DNA of 64,000 nucleotides from Bigelowiella natans CCMP2755 (GCA_000320545.1 ADNK01000785.1:1-64000), one strand, 5' to 3'; positions 13,084 through 28,174 are shown, counted from the first letter of the stretch. Numbers and translations: made by a program. The notes: a model not told the origin generated them from the letters alone.

Positions 13084-16000
13084 GGAGGAGGGGTAAGATG
13101 TCACCTGTGAGCTTCTGCTAAATCATCAGACCACATTTGACGATCCCACACTCGAATTAGGCGTCCTAGGGAGGGCTCGATTGCACCACAAGGCCCCGTG
13201 TATAAGTTCGGGTCGAAGTCAAGTGCTTGGAACTGAACCTGATGACGATGATGATGGTGATGATGATGATGGTGACGATGATCGTGTTATAATAATGACG
13301 CCACCGACGACGATGTAAACAGGAAGGGGGTTCCGACAAGTCAGCTCGTTTATTTCATATGTGTTCACCAGGTTGATTGAGGAGGGAAAGGGAAAATGAG
13401 AGGGGGAGGGGGAGGGGGGGGGGGGGCAAATAGAACCATTGGGCAATCGAAGAGCGCCTCCGGTCCCCTCCCAGCAACATCCACATCGAAAGTCCGAAAA
13501 TTCCCATCCGAAAATTCCCATCACCGAAGTCTAACACCTGGTAGTAGTAGTAGTTATAGTAGTAGTAGTAGTAGTTAATTAGTTGTCGGCCTGTCTCTTA
13601 AGAACCACCGAGTGTTAAATGCGTGCATGCACAGGTGTCACGAAATCGCCAGAGAGAGTTGTTCTCCACCTGTACTGTAGCATATAAGGCTGGAATATCC
13701 GTGAATTGAGTCGTACTTCGCTGCGAACGACCCCCAGTATCACCAACATCAGCAGCTTCCTCATCAGTTACTGTTACCGATGGGCCGAACACTGTTTCAG
13801 CTGGATTTAATGGCAGACCGGAGGTGTTGGTGAGGCCTATGCGGTACGTGAGCGTGTTGGCTCCATTCGGATCTTGCCCAGTGTAGTTCCATGATACAGT
13901 CACAAGGTCGATTAAGTACCTGTTTAATGTGGTGGTAGTAGTAGTAGTAGTAGTTGTAGTAGTAGAAGAAGATGTTGTTAGTTTTGGGGGAGGAGGAGGA
14001 GGAGGGAGAAGGGCCATGTTGGATTTTATCGAAAGGTTTGCCAACGTTAATAGCAGTGGAAAAGGGGGGAGATAAGACGCACGGTTTGGTCTGCTATTCC
14101 GCTCGTTTGCTAGAAATGCAGCGTCGTTGCGCACTTATTATACACATACACACATTCGGACACTACTCTCTCATCATCTCCTATCCCCACTTCCAATCAT
14201 GATACAAACACCACCACCACCACCACCACACCATCCTCTCTATTCTGCTTACTACTTGTCGATTCCGAACGTGTTCCTCTCGATCTCAACTTGGAGTTCC
14301 GTGTTCGGGGGGGCTCCAAAAGCGCTGAGTTCGGTGCTGTTGTCGGTCGTCTCAAGCTCATGCAGGCCTAAGGCGTACAGCCTTGCCGCATCACAGTACC
14401 GTCGGTTCCACTCGTCAACACGAGCACGCTCAGCAATGTTGAAATCGGTTTGTTCGAGCACCAATCGGGCCCCTGCGCTCTCAAGCGCAAAGGATGATGC
14501 CTGTGCACCGAAGCTATTCTGGCTAGCTGCAATGGCGCTGATTTCGTCATTCCTCACCGTCCTCGTGACCTCTTGTTGGAGCGTCATCGAGCCGAAGACC
14601 CCAAAGGCTGCCAGCGTATCGGTATTGACAATCTGGGAGAGAATTATGTACAGGATCACCAGCACCACGATCGCAGACACCAACACGCACACGCGGAAGA
14701 TCTTGTAGATCATGTTCCAGATGAGCACGTCGAGCTTTTTGAGGCCTTCGTAGCAGTTCTTCAGGCACCCACAACAGAAAAGCTTGCCAATGCAGCAGGT
14801 GTAGCAGTACTCATATAGGGAGTTTGGCTTTCCGAGTCTTCGGGAGGAGACTTCAACAGGGATCCCCACCACATATTCTGCCGTTGAAATTGCTATTAGC
14901 GTCCACCGAATCATCAGCCACGTTATGTCAAAGATGATGACCTGAGATGTGACGACGATGATCACAGTAAGAACAAAGCAGAGAAGAAAGAGACAACTAA
15001 AATCAAAACACTTGAAATCGCAGCTGAGATCATCATCGTCGTCGTCATTATTATCATCATCATCATCATCATCCACGCATGAGGTAGTGTCTGGGCCTCT
15101 TCCTCTTTTGCTAATAATGTGCGATTCTGCGTGCTGCTGCCGTTGTTGTTACCAAAGCAATCAAGTACTCCAGGGCGCTTAAATCGGGGAACTCGTACTG
15201 CGGAAACTCTACATAGTCCGCCACGTTTGGGATGGTGGGTGCGGTAAGGTTTATGGCCAGAACCGTCGCATTGAGCTCGTTAAAGATATCCGTTGTGCGG
15301 TTGGAAGGATCGATCTCATTCTCAGCCTGAGTGAAGTTGCTCACGAAGGCCTGCGCTGTTTGCAGTATTGGCTGGTTAAATCGGTCCGCGATGCCCGGCA
15401 TCTGATGTGTTTTGAAGAAGCAGAATCATCAATTTGTCATCATGATGATAAACCACGTCGTCGTAGTCATCATTTCCATCGCATTTCGATTGTCTGGTGA
15501 GGAGGAGTAGCATCATCACCAACAATAAAGCATATACCGTCATCATTATCATCATCATCACCATCACCATCACCATAACCATACACCCATCATACGATCA
15601 TTTAGTCAATAAGCTGCAGCAGCAGCAGCAGCAGACAAAATTGAACCCACTCCGAGGCGAAGTTCCCTTGTTGTAACAACTTGCCCATTCTGCTCAACAA
15701 TGGTCACCGACACGAATCGGTTGTAGGAGTCGGGAGTGATGGATACGTTCGCATCGAGCGGAGAACGATCCAACACGATGTCCACGACATTGTCACTCGC
15801 ATTCATCGCCTGATTGATGATGCACCCAAGTTGTAGAAGAGGAGGAGGAGGATTCATGAGCGAGTGAAGAATAAAGGAAGATAAAGTGGCTCAGGATCAC
15901 GTCTATTCACTCCTACTATTACTACTACTTCAACTACTTCTACTCTCATTGCGTTATATACATGTATATTATAAACTAGTCTGCTTCTACTGCTCACATT

Positions 16001-19000
16001 AAGTAGACGATTCGCGTCGTCGATGTCGTTTCGGACCTAGTGCAGCAGCACATTATTACCGTCATCAGTGTTGATTATTTAACGAGGAGGAAAGGAGGGG
16101 AAGAAACAGGCCCCACGAAGTAGCAACTAATGGGTAGCAGAGGGCTAATCATCAAACGCTGAATACCTCCTCTTGGTACTCATCTAGGAATTCTTGTTGG
16201 CGGAGAGTAAGGTTTCCATTGACCTGTTGATATCATAATTATACATCGAAAAGGCAACGGGCAGCACGGACGCAATTGTGTGAGATGATGACGCCATTTT
16301 GAAGGATGGAAAAGGATAGTATCTCGAGCGCGGTGGCGGTTGCAAGCTGCCCCCACCACTAATGACACCTCTTCTAACGTTGGCCAGAAGTCCCTCGTTG
16401 CAGTGAAGCAAGTTCCGTTACGATTCGTCTCAGGAAGCGCAAGGAGTGGGTCGCCCATTCTCTCGAATAAGTAGTAATCGCGCGTGTCGCGATCAAAAGA
16501 GTACCCGACGCACCATATTGCCTGATGATGGTTAACAAGGCGAGAGGTCTTATAATGCTCATTGTTCATGAAATCCCCTCCTTCTCACAAGGATAAAGCG
16601 CCGTGTCATCAGGAAGCCTTTTGCTGCACATCATCGCTTTTGCGTCGCTTGTTGTTGTTGTTGGTGGTGGTGGTGGTAGTCGTGTTTTTGTTGGTGTTCT
16701 TAGCAATTTATTACCACATTGCACCAGTCGGTAAGGTTACCCATGATGTTCTCCTCAGTTGCCTCCGGCCCTAACGTCAGTACGATTATCTGTTGGCCTT
16801 GTTGGAAGGCTCTTGAGATGTCCTGGTAGAGGAGGAAATCTTATCAGTATATACAACACTACTGCTACTACTACTACCACCACGACTGGTGGCAGTTGTG
16901 CTGCTTCTACCACGACGACGTTAAATGACTAATGAGCTTCTTCTTACGTTTATTTCGAAGATGGCCCCGCTCTCTGGTGCAACATTACACGGCTGTGTGA
17001 GAGATGCCTCCTACAATCCACCATCATACGATAAGGTTGTTGCGCGAGGTAATGACCGAAGCTCGGTCGATGAGGACGGGGGTTGGGGGGGGGGCTGCTC
17101 TTGCGTTTCCCTTCACTAGTCAAGTTATTCATTGGGCGCGTAGATACCCAAAAAGCACACGCGGGCCTACCTCAATCATCACTGATCCAGCAGGTGCCTC
17201 CTGGAATTGAGCATCATGGAAAGCCTGAATGGCCGATTGGTTCGCATCAAACGCTGCTTCCATGACCATCTGCTGTTGCTGGCATTGGGAATTCTGCACG
17301 CTGAAGAGCCCGTTCAGCCTCGCGCTTTCGTCGATGAAGGCGCGATCGATCGTCTGGCACATCAGGCCCATTAGATTTAAATAGTGGTGATGGTGATCGT
17401 GATGGTGATGATGACGATGGTGGTTTACCGTGAGAACGTTTGCGAGCTGCATATCTCTGTCGTTGGCAAAGGAAGGATACTGCTTCAAGACATCAAAGTG
17501 CTGCTGATTTACCTGATTAGATAGGATGGTAACATTACGTCCTAATTATTTGAGCGCGTACACTAACATCGTCAATAACACGTATGGTATTGCAGTTTTC
17601 TCAGTGCTATAGAGAAGAAATTATAAAAAACATTTTCATTTTGCGAATTCTGCCGATGAATTGTTAGTTCTACTACCGAGATGAAGAAGATAACGTAGAA
17701 GGTGATCGTGAACATCAAAGCCAGCGTCGCTTGCACGCCGAAGACAAGCCCGATGTATGCCCAATGATACCATCTCAGACGATTCTAATGTAGAAACATC
17801 TCGGAACAATCATGAGACTGCCTCCCCTCCTACTCTTCTTCTATTTGTTCACGTACCGTTTGTCGCAGGTCTTTCTTGACCTCCTTATCCACCTTCGCAA
17901 CCTTGTGCGTGATGACGTTGTACTCTTGTGTGTTAAGAAGCATCTTTGTATCCTCTCGATTGTAAATCTTCGAGCGGCGATACGCCCAGATGATCAGGCC
18001 TATTATCATCGGAAGAACATCGGGAGAGAACGAAGTTGGTAGTAGCAGTAGGGGCAGTGCAAGAGTTGCATAGCGGAATATAACGTGAACGATTAGAAAA
18101 GTGAGCTTTACCAATGTATCAGGACTATATCAACAAGCATTGGTGGAAGGAAGGGTGATGATGATGATGATGATGATATATTATTCATGTTAGTAATAAT
18201 GGGAAAGAGATATGTATTGTGAAACATCATCATTTTTGAAGATTTCGATGCTAATTGATGACCTTCTCCCCCCCCCTCCTCCTCCTCCTCCTCATCATCA
18301 TCATCATCACCATCTTACCGATCATCAGAAGGATTAAAATAAAGAGGATGATGAAGTACACTTGGAAAATTCCCCAGAAGTTCTCGAACGCGAATGCTTG
18401 TCCCTCCTGATTGATGAGATGGAGAGATGCAGCATCATCATCGATTGACACAAAGATGCTGAACAACATAATCGACAACTACATTATCCATGTTTTGTTT
18501 GAGTTTCAAGAGGAGAAACATGCTCTGAACGTCTCAATAAAGTTCTAAAGAGAAAGGCGTATCGTTGATCAAAAGAAGTATCATCGTCGTTGTTTTTCTT
18601 TACGAAAAGCTACTACCTCGACGGTGGAGAATTGATAAGTCAGTAGCTCTTCATCAAACCTATCCAAAACGCATACGTTTGATTCACATGAATAAATAGC
18701 GGAGATAGATGCGTCGTATGCGTCGTCATCGTCGTCGACATTCTCATTATCTTCCTCTCCCCCCCCCCTCCAACTTTGTGCTGCTCCTCCTCTCCTCCTC
18801 CTCCTCCTTTCTACCGAGGCTTCATAGATCTTGCGATGCCGGTAGGGTCGATCCAAGATACGACGTACTAATTATAAGATGATGATACATGCATCTTTAG
18901 CTGAAGATGATGAATACAAACAAACGTGGTTATCATGCATCCTTAGCTACCATAAGGAAAGATGCAAATACAGGTGGTGATAGAAGGAGAATAGAGAGGA

Positions 19001-19532
19001 CGGGGGAACAGCACAAGCAAATACACATATACAAGGACTGACAGCGGTATATACTACCGGGCTCTCAGTAAGATTCTGCATCGGAGCTCTGAACTCAATA
19101 AAAGCCTTGTTTTGCTGTCCCTCAGCTAACGGCAGCTGAATACACGGCCCATTCCGAAATTGGCAATTCCCATTCTGCCACTCCATATCCCTTATTTCTC
19201 GTAGAAAAGTGCCGCTAGGCCCCTCCTCCCATACTCGAACGCCAAGGAATCCGCGGGCAAATGTGCTTGTGACAGAGGACTGCAGAACGATCTGTTGTCT
19301 CTCGATATCACGGAACACAATTGCATCCATGATAGGATGTAAGATGAAGCTCCCAACCACTACTTCAACCTCAGCTGCGCTTTCCACTTCCGCAAGGTTT
19401 CCAGATAACTGGAGGGGGGGAGGAGGCAAACACACATATTGTCACACAGCACTTTTTTTCCGAAGTTTTGTCAGATACAAAACAGAATTGTGATTTTGAG
19501 CTCGGAAATCTCTCCCTTCTCGCCCTCCCCTC

Positions 19533-19578
<46 letters not shown>

Positions 19579-21586
19579 TTTTTGCTATGATTTTGTGGCT
19601 ACACACATCGATTCCAGGTAGGAATTCAAGAGTGGGTGCCATAGTTAACGGGGTTTGAGTCGGCGAGGTCGTCGTTGGCGTGAGCGTCGTTGGGGAGATG
19701 GTTTGTGGTCCTCTGGTTGGAGCGCTGGATGGTGCAGTACTTGGTGAGAAAGTAGGGGTAGTGGTTGGAGATGCCGACAGGTCAACCAGAGCTGCAAAAG
19801 CAGCACTGCTCGAGGAAACAGCTTGGACATCGAACATCGTTCTCTCTGCAGCTGCGGCTGGCAGCATTCCACCGCTTCCTTGGTCTCCCCATGCAATTGC
19901 TTGTCCGGTGGACGTCACGGCAACGAAAGCTGTGCCCGCCTCCGAGCCAAAAACGCTCACGATTACATTCGAAGTCAGATTCTCTGCGACGGACGAGATA
20001 TCACCACCGTTGTTTGCGTCGCCCCAGGCGATAACGGACCCATCTTGCGTTAAGGCAGCAAATGCTCGGGAGTTTGCAACAATGGTTTCGACGTTTGTAA
20101 GGGCTGCGGACACGGTTTGGAAGTTTCCTACCACAGCTGTAGATCCCCAGCTTGCTACCTCAGTCGCACCACCCGAGCCACCACGCTAATGAAAATGAAA
20201 GGGGACCGAATGATGGAGTAGCAGTAGCAGAATGATTCATCATAAATTCACGTGAGGAAAAAAAATAATAATAATCCTACCATACCTTCAAAATGCATCT
20301 AGGGATATTGCTTGCACTAGTACTACCACTACTACTACTGCTGCTGCTACTACTACTACTACTACTACAACTGCTACTACAAGCAGCACTACGTCAATGA
20401 TGCATACCTTTATTGCAGCAAAAGCCTGGTCACCACCTACAACTTCATCGACTCCCGAAGCCAGGAACGCAGCTACAGTTGAAGAGTCGCCACCATTTGG
20501 AGCTTGTCCCCACGTTATGACCCCTCCGCCAGTATTGATGGCGGCGAATGCATCGAAGTTGGGAACGACTGCTACGATACCAGTACTCAGATCAGCAGCG
20601 ACGGTCGAGGAATCGCCCCCTTGAATTGAAAAGCCGAAGGTAGAAACTCGACCATTCTGATCAATAGCTGCGAATGATCTTTCAGTTGCAACAATGGTTT
20701 CGTAGGGAGAGCCGGTGGGAGGGGGAGAAACAACGGCCTCGATATCTCCCCCCCATCCTACAATTGATCCGTCGTCCTGAGGAGAGTTTAAGTTCTATGT
20801 TCTGGAGAGAAAGGACGAGGGGGAGAGAGAGAAGGGAGGGGAGAATGCGCGCAAAATGTACAATGTTTTGCCAGAAGTGCTTCAGCCATACAGATGCATA
20901 AAATACCCTCAGAGCCGCGAAGGAATCAATAGTCCCCACGATGTTTGTGACTCCAGTCAGCAAATTCGAAACAGTATTTACTGTTACGGCCGCGGTTCCG
21001 TCACCCCAGACCTCTACATCTCCATTAGACCTCCACGCTGCAAATGCGTCATTCGAACCAGCAATTCCAACCCAAGGCGAGGGAGCTGAAGCAACCAGAC
21101 AGCATTATGAGGGGAAATTGAGGATGAAGTGGGCTTAGGACAGTGTTTAATACCTCCTGGTAAGATCATGTCTAGATTCCTTTGATCTCCTCCCCAGGCT
21201 ACGAGGGTTCCGTCGTTCTTGAAGGCACCGAAGCCTACAATTCCCGAATCCACCCTGACTACCCCATTCTGTAACTCGCTATTCACGCTTGATTGGTCTC
21301 CTCCAAAATCAGAATCACCCCAACTGTAGACCGTGCCATCAGGTGAGGCCAAGGCAGCAAATGCTTCTCTACTGGCTGAGATCGTGGCAGTGTTGATTAA
21401 ATCGGATTGCATAAATGTAACCCCTGTGTTGCTAAGACTGCCTCCGGCGGTTGGATCTCCCCAGGTCACCACTTCAAAAGTTCCCTCAGTACACATTGCA
21501 CTTAACCACAGAACAATTGCAGCATTAAAGATTTTGTGCCGAGCCAAGGATTTGGACACCATCTTGTGTATGGTTGACAAGTCCAA
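11230..21586 (-). CDS. Large multi-exon membrane protein: signal peptide, RCC1/BLIP-II-like repeats, Pro/Thr/Ser stalk, beta-sandwich-like segment, about 5 TM segments, disordered Ser/Arg-rich tail (could be two genes)
   Basis: Repeated AFAA(L/I)xxxGxVxxWG units at 19750-21480. Stalk PTTTPTFSPSTAPSSAPT. Hydrophobic exons near 18330, 17720, 14900-15170, 14650 and 12800-12980. Exons are co-oriented with GT-AG ends. Confidence 0.65.
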
Positions 21587-23067
21587 CGTGGAATAATCAG
21601 TACCCTGGCGGTGTACAGAGCCACCTTTACCGCCGACAGGGTGTATTTTCAGTCGGCGAGTACAATCTTATGATTTTGTCGCGCCATCAATATCTCATCA
21701 ATTTGCCCTGCAGCATGATTCGTGCCGTTCGGTACGAACGAAACCAGGTTAACTTCAATAATATGTAATTGAATCGACCTCGATTTGGGCAACAAAAGAA
21801 AGAAAAGAGTCTTGTCTGTCGGAATTCCGGCACACGAATTGCCCCCTCTGCAACAGGCAAAAAACAACAACATGCTGCAGGACGTAGTGGCTAGACCATT
21901 TAGTGCTCTCATCGGAACATAGCATCTAGTGTTCTCCAAAGAGGGGTTACAACTTACATAAAATCTCATTCCATTTACCTCCTACGACAACATTTGAAGA
22001 GTTTTTATAGGAAGATGTATTCAGATATGGCCAAAATTCATGCAATATATGACCATGAGCGATACATATTTTCATTTCTCAACGCTACTTTAGAAAATTA
22101 TAATGTTCTAATTCCTGAATCTAAATTAGGTTCAATCTTGCCTGATAATCAGACTAAAAACAATTCTGGGGGAAGATTTTCATTGGCCGAGAGTTCAAAA
22201 GCTGAAAACTAAGCCGATAAAATAATATACTACACTTTTCCTCGAAAACTTGCTTGAAGCGCAAAAATACGAAAGTCTCTCCTGCGTTCAGACATTTTAT
22301 CTTATTCCGAAGAAATATTTCAAAGATTCGAGGACAATTACGCGCTCCCAGAACCAGATGCGAAATCGCTGACCGTGGCGATGTCTCTCGCACAACATTG
22401 AATTTAAGAATAAATCCCAGGGCTGTAATGCATAATTTCTAAGTATACACTTGTAATAGGGCCTTATATGTCCCTTTTTCACCAAATGTGTTTCTAATTT
22501 TAATTTTTTTGCGGATATTCTATCCTGTAAACTCCAGAAAAATTCTTATATTTAACTTTTCTTTGCTAAGAAAGATATGCAAGAGCATTTTTCTGAGGAT
22601 ATGACATTCTAAAAATTATACGTATAACTTTCCCCTAGTTTTCCATTGGTTTTTGCAAAAATAATCCATATTCTAGTAACTTATTTATCTAATATTTCAA
22701 ACCTAAATATTCTCATATATTTAGAATGTTTTTTAGAATAAAGGAGTATTTCATAATTTTAAACGTGAACAGACATATTTATGATATAATAAGGTGAATA
22801 TTCACCATACAGAATTGAAGCATTGATAATTATGAGTATGAATATTACATTCTCTTTCGATCTTTCTCTTCTGGATTTGCGAACTCATTTCCGGACCGAC
22901 AGGATTTTCTTTTTATTTCTCGGGAATTCTGCTCCGGTATATAAATTCTAAGACAATAATTTCAAGAAGTCGCATATATGTAAACAAGGTCATTCTTAAC
23001 TTTGAACCTGCCTCGCAAGATACAAGCTTGGCTTAAAACGATTGCGGCTCAGCCACAAAAATCAACC

Positions 23068-23846
<779 letters not shown>

Positions 23847-25332
23847 TTATTACACCCGGTAAATTTTTCCACACGGTATGTTCATCATCGACCTTGGATT
23901 AGAAGCAAAGGTTCTGTTGCGTATTTGATGTCATGTAATTATTCGATATCATGCCAGGCTGCGGTGACCGTGAACTCACATAAGCATGAATCATTCATAT
24001 TAGCCTAACATTCACATACATTGCTAGATTGCTTTGCTGTAATTGCTCGCAAAGCTTTGTACGCATGATTATACGCCTCACTTGCTGCTAGCTTCACATT
24101 ACTTGAGCGCACATGCATGCAAGCATGCTTTTCATATCACATGATGCACATCTGGCGGACGTACAGGCCTATCTAGATAGCTCATAGGCCATACTGCATG
24201 CTCTATGCTCTATAGCTAGATAGCTAGATAGGTCTAGAGGTGTCAAAGCAGGCATGCACATGCATGCTGCATCCATCGATCTCGATCCAGACTAGCAGGT
24301 CTCGTCGTCTAGATCGATCTACATAGCTCTAGAGATCGTACACATCTAGTACTAGAGTATCGTAGCTAGCCATCCGGCGGTCGCCGCCGCGCCTGCGCGC
24401 ATGTATGCAAGTGCATGATGTCACAGCTAGCTGCTCGCTCTAGCTAGCTAGCTAGTCTTATATGTGTGTAGTCCACATCGCAAAGCTGACATCGTCATGC
24501 ACAACTAGACAATCCAGCAATGCTAGAATGCATGAGCTATGGGGTGGAGCCAACAGAGCTAGAGAGGGCTGCGATCGCATCGGCGCGCACACCACTCTAG
24601 CTAGCATGTCTAGATGTCTAGATGTGTACATCCATGCTAGTGCGCGCTAGACATGAACATGTTATGATTGTGTCGTGTTCGTACGAGAAGCCAAAATGTT
24701 TGAATTCTAATGAACTACAGGGTACACAAGTAATGTTTAGAAATTATAAAATTAAAGAAATCTATATCATGGACAGACTGTGGACATCTATCTAGCCATC
24801 CGCGTGTGCTTTGTGCCAAGCTATAAAGCTAGCGAGTCACTCTAGTCATTGCGCACATGCATCGCAGCAGGTTGCCACACAACACAAGAACAACGGCTTC
24901 AAGGAGGTGTGACACTGGATCAGTGACTGCGCAGCCGCCGGTAGCATTTCGTTGGCTGCTTTCCAATGCGACGCTCAACTCCAAACCAGCTAGCCAGTTG
25001 GTGCACATTTGCTGGTACTTCGGTCCATCCATGCAAAACGTAGGGCAATGTTCATCATTGACAGTAATACGACATAGAATATGCATCTAATGCTGTGTAT
25101 AAATGTGCATTCACATGTTACGTGTGTCTATCATGCTAGCATGCTGTAGCAGCACAAACACACATACACACACATACGACTGTACACACACATACACACA
25201 TATACACACACGCATACAAACATGTATGTACATACGCATATATGTGCATATATACATATATAAATTTTAATATATATATTAGCATGTGCATGTATGTGTC
25301 TCAGTACACACGTATACAGCTGTAGCGTGTAA

Positions 25333-25813
25333 CTAAGACTCCGTCTTCGTTTGAGCTAGTATTTCCTTCACAACCGCCAGCTGTTCCTCGCTCTCTGGAA
25401 ACCTTTTCCGCTTTCTGTTCGATCTCAATTTGTACAATTCTTCAGCTCTAGCTAGCGCTGCCTTAAGGTCCATACCGCAATATTTTCCCAGATATACAGC
25501 CGTGACTGTCCCCGTGCGTCCATAGCCACCAAGACAGTGTAAATATGTTGTTTTCCCAGATTCTATGAGCTGGTGTAGTCTCTTAGCTGCACCAGCCACG
25601 GTTTTTGAGTCAGCGGTATGATCTGTCATCCCAAAGCTAGTGTCCATCTCAATCTTTTTGTTTGTGGCTGCATCATAACCATTGTCATCATATGTCCACA
25701 TATGCACAAATCTATAGGCAAACACTCACAAATACACGCACACACGCACACACACACAAACACGCTCATACAAAAAACATTCACACATATGCACGCTCTC
25801 TCTCACACACATG

Positions 25814-25860
<47 letters not shown>

Positions 25861-26118
25861 ACGCACACATACTTCTACACACACATAAAACACCTTTCCT
25901 GGCGTCCTGCACGTACTCAAAACCGATATTACACAAATAATCCCATTCATCCTTCTTGATCAGGTTCATGAAGACCTCTACACCCACGTCCCTGGCTAAC
26001 ACCTATATAATGCCAATGACAATGACGACGTATGGTGATGCTGATGACTATGACGAGGACGATGATAGTTACGACGAAGATGATGTTGATGGTGACTACG
26101 ATGATAATGACTACGAAA

Positions 26119-26150
<32 letters not shown>

Positions 26151-26213
26151 GACGATGACTATGACAACGATGATAATAATGACGATGTTGATGATGATGA
26201 TGATGACTAAATT

Positions 26214-26251
<38 letters not shown>

Positions 26252-26585
26252 AATGGCGATAATGTTTGATGAAAATGATGTCGACGACGACGATGATAAT
26301 GAGAATAATGATAATGGCTATGGCTATGACTATGACGACGACGATGACGATGACGACTTTAATAATGATGATCTTAATGATAATGATGATCTTAATGATA
26401 ATGATGACGATAAAGATGATGATGATGATGATAATGATAATGATGATAATGATTATGACGATGACGATGAGCACCATGACCTGGGATAAACCATTGTTTG
26501 GCACAGGCCCTGCTAGAAGTTTCCCCTCGACAACCCACGACGTCGAGGAGGGAATTTCTTTCTCTTTCTCTTTTTTCTCTGCCAT
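25333..26585 (-). CDS. Dual-specificity/tyrosine phosphatase (CDKN3-like, CX5R); 3 exons
   Basis: SWVVEGKLLAGPVP N-terminus, catalytic YLHCLGGYGRTGT and C-terminal PESEEQ. Exons splice in frame. Confidence 0.85.
26003..26480. repeat. Intron made almost entirely of degenerate (GAT/GAC/AAT)n microsatellite
   Basis: GT..AG-bounded on the minus strand. Explains the poly-I/M/D ORFs here. Confidence 0.9.
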
Positions 26586-27541
26586 TCACATACACACACA
26601 CACACACACATGTGCACTTAGAAGACAGAAACGCATGTTCACAGGCGTGTTCACGGACGCATGCAAACACACACACCCATGGGCTGGCGGGAAGAGGGAA
26701 TGTGAAAAAGCAAAGCTTTGTCGCAGAAAGAAAACCGCCTTCGTTTTGATTCCAGGGACGATTTGAGGAGATCTACGAGTATCATCGAATCCATTCGAAC
26801 AAAGGAATCTCCTAGATCTTGTCAATCTCCATGGATCTTGACGCCCGAGAGTGACCATGCTAGCATGGCTGTCGAATCTTGAATCGCACGCTGCCTTGGA
26901 TCGCCGATGCTGGTCATGCTCTGCAATGCTGCTTTCAGCGACACACACTGAGCGAACACTTCTGGACTTGTGCACAATGCCTGGAACGTGCTCAGTGACA
27001 CCACCGTGGCGTGATGCTTCAGTCCAGCAGCATTGCTGAGCCAACGAACAGTGATGCTCAGCAATGCGGCATTGTGGCATCACTGAGCCAGTGTTGCAGT
27101 GTCCAATTGTTGGTGACACTGCAGTTTTGCGGCAGCACAATTGCGAAGTGTCACTTCTGGCTTGCAAGAAGGAAGGCAAAAAATCGGACGTTTTGGGTTT
27201 CACGAAGCATCTCAATGCTGGAATGTGGTGCCACAGCGTTGATCGCAAGAAATGCTGTCCTCAAAAAATTCGATCGTGAAACAGAATTGCACAGTGCTTG
27301 TGTGTTGCACAGTGCCAAAGTGCGAGCTCTGGAGCTGGAGTGTTGCGCGCGGTGCTGTCTAGCTCTGGAGCTGTGTGCGCAAGCACACACACACACATCG
27401 TGCACACAATGAACACGTGTGCATGCCCGCGCGCACTCCCCCCCTCTCAGCCTTGCCCCTTGCCACTGCTATAGCCAAACCTCATCAATCACCCCCTTGC
27501 TAGCTTGCCCCCCCTAGCCCCCCCCAAATTTGCTCCTACAG

Positions 27542-28174
27542 AGAAACTACTACGTCACGGGCAAGCTTTCGCGGCGGATATACGCCGATAATTGCTATTT
27601 TGACTCTCCTATTCCTGACACCCCAGTCACAGGGTTACAGAAATACGTCGACGCGATTTCGCATCTTTTTTACCACAAAACTTCCAAAGTCCAGCTTCTC
27701 GACATCAAGGTCTCGAGTTCTCCCCCTCTCCTATGCTCCCCCCCCCCCCCCCCTTCCCCGTCGCCTGCTACACAAATCAACAGGATGCAATATGCATCAG
27801 CGATTATGCTTCTTTTACGCACAGGTTCTTGATGATAGGAGAATTGCTGCGAAATGGAGGTCGGTCGTTTTGTATCCCCCCCCCCCCCACCCCCCCCTCC
27901 CCTCCCCGTGAAGGCCCCTGTATAGTCGCCCTCTCGTCGCATATGCACTCATGAGATTACTTGTCGCTTTCGCAGGTTAGAAGGGACGCTCATGCTACCG
28001 TGGCGGCCAAAGTTTAAGGTGGAATAGCAACATTCCAAAGAAGATAACCGGCATTTACTATTGCGTCGTCGTTGTTGTTGCTTACTCCCCACCCCGCTGC
28101 TCCCCCCTCCCATAAAGGCCTACACAGGATGCACCCTGTACACGTTGGACGAAAGGGGGCTCGTGGCTTGGTAG
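27542..28174 (+). CDS. DUF2358/SnoaL-like (NTF2-fold) protein, internal exons only; possibly a fragment or pseudogene
   Basis: RNYYVTGKLSRRIYADNCYFDSP...GLQKY|VLDDRRIAAKWR|LEGTLMLPWRPKFK|AYTGCTLYTLDERGLV resembles DUF2358. No start or normal final exon found. Confidence 0.7.

Noticed and set aside
25947-26766. Poly-I/M/D/H ORFs suggesting membrane or acidic proteins
   Set aside because: Translations of an intronic trinucleotide microsatellite.
26586-27412. Long overlapping Cys/His-rich ORFs
   Set aside because: Frames stay open because TpA loss removes TAA and TAG; not evidence of coding.
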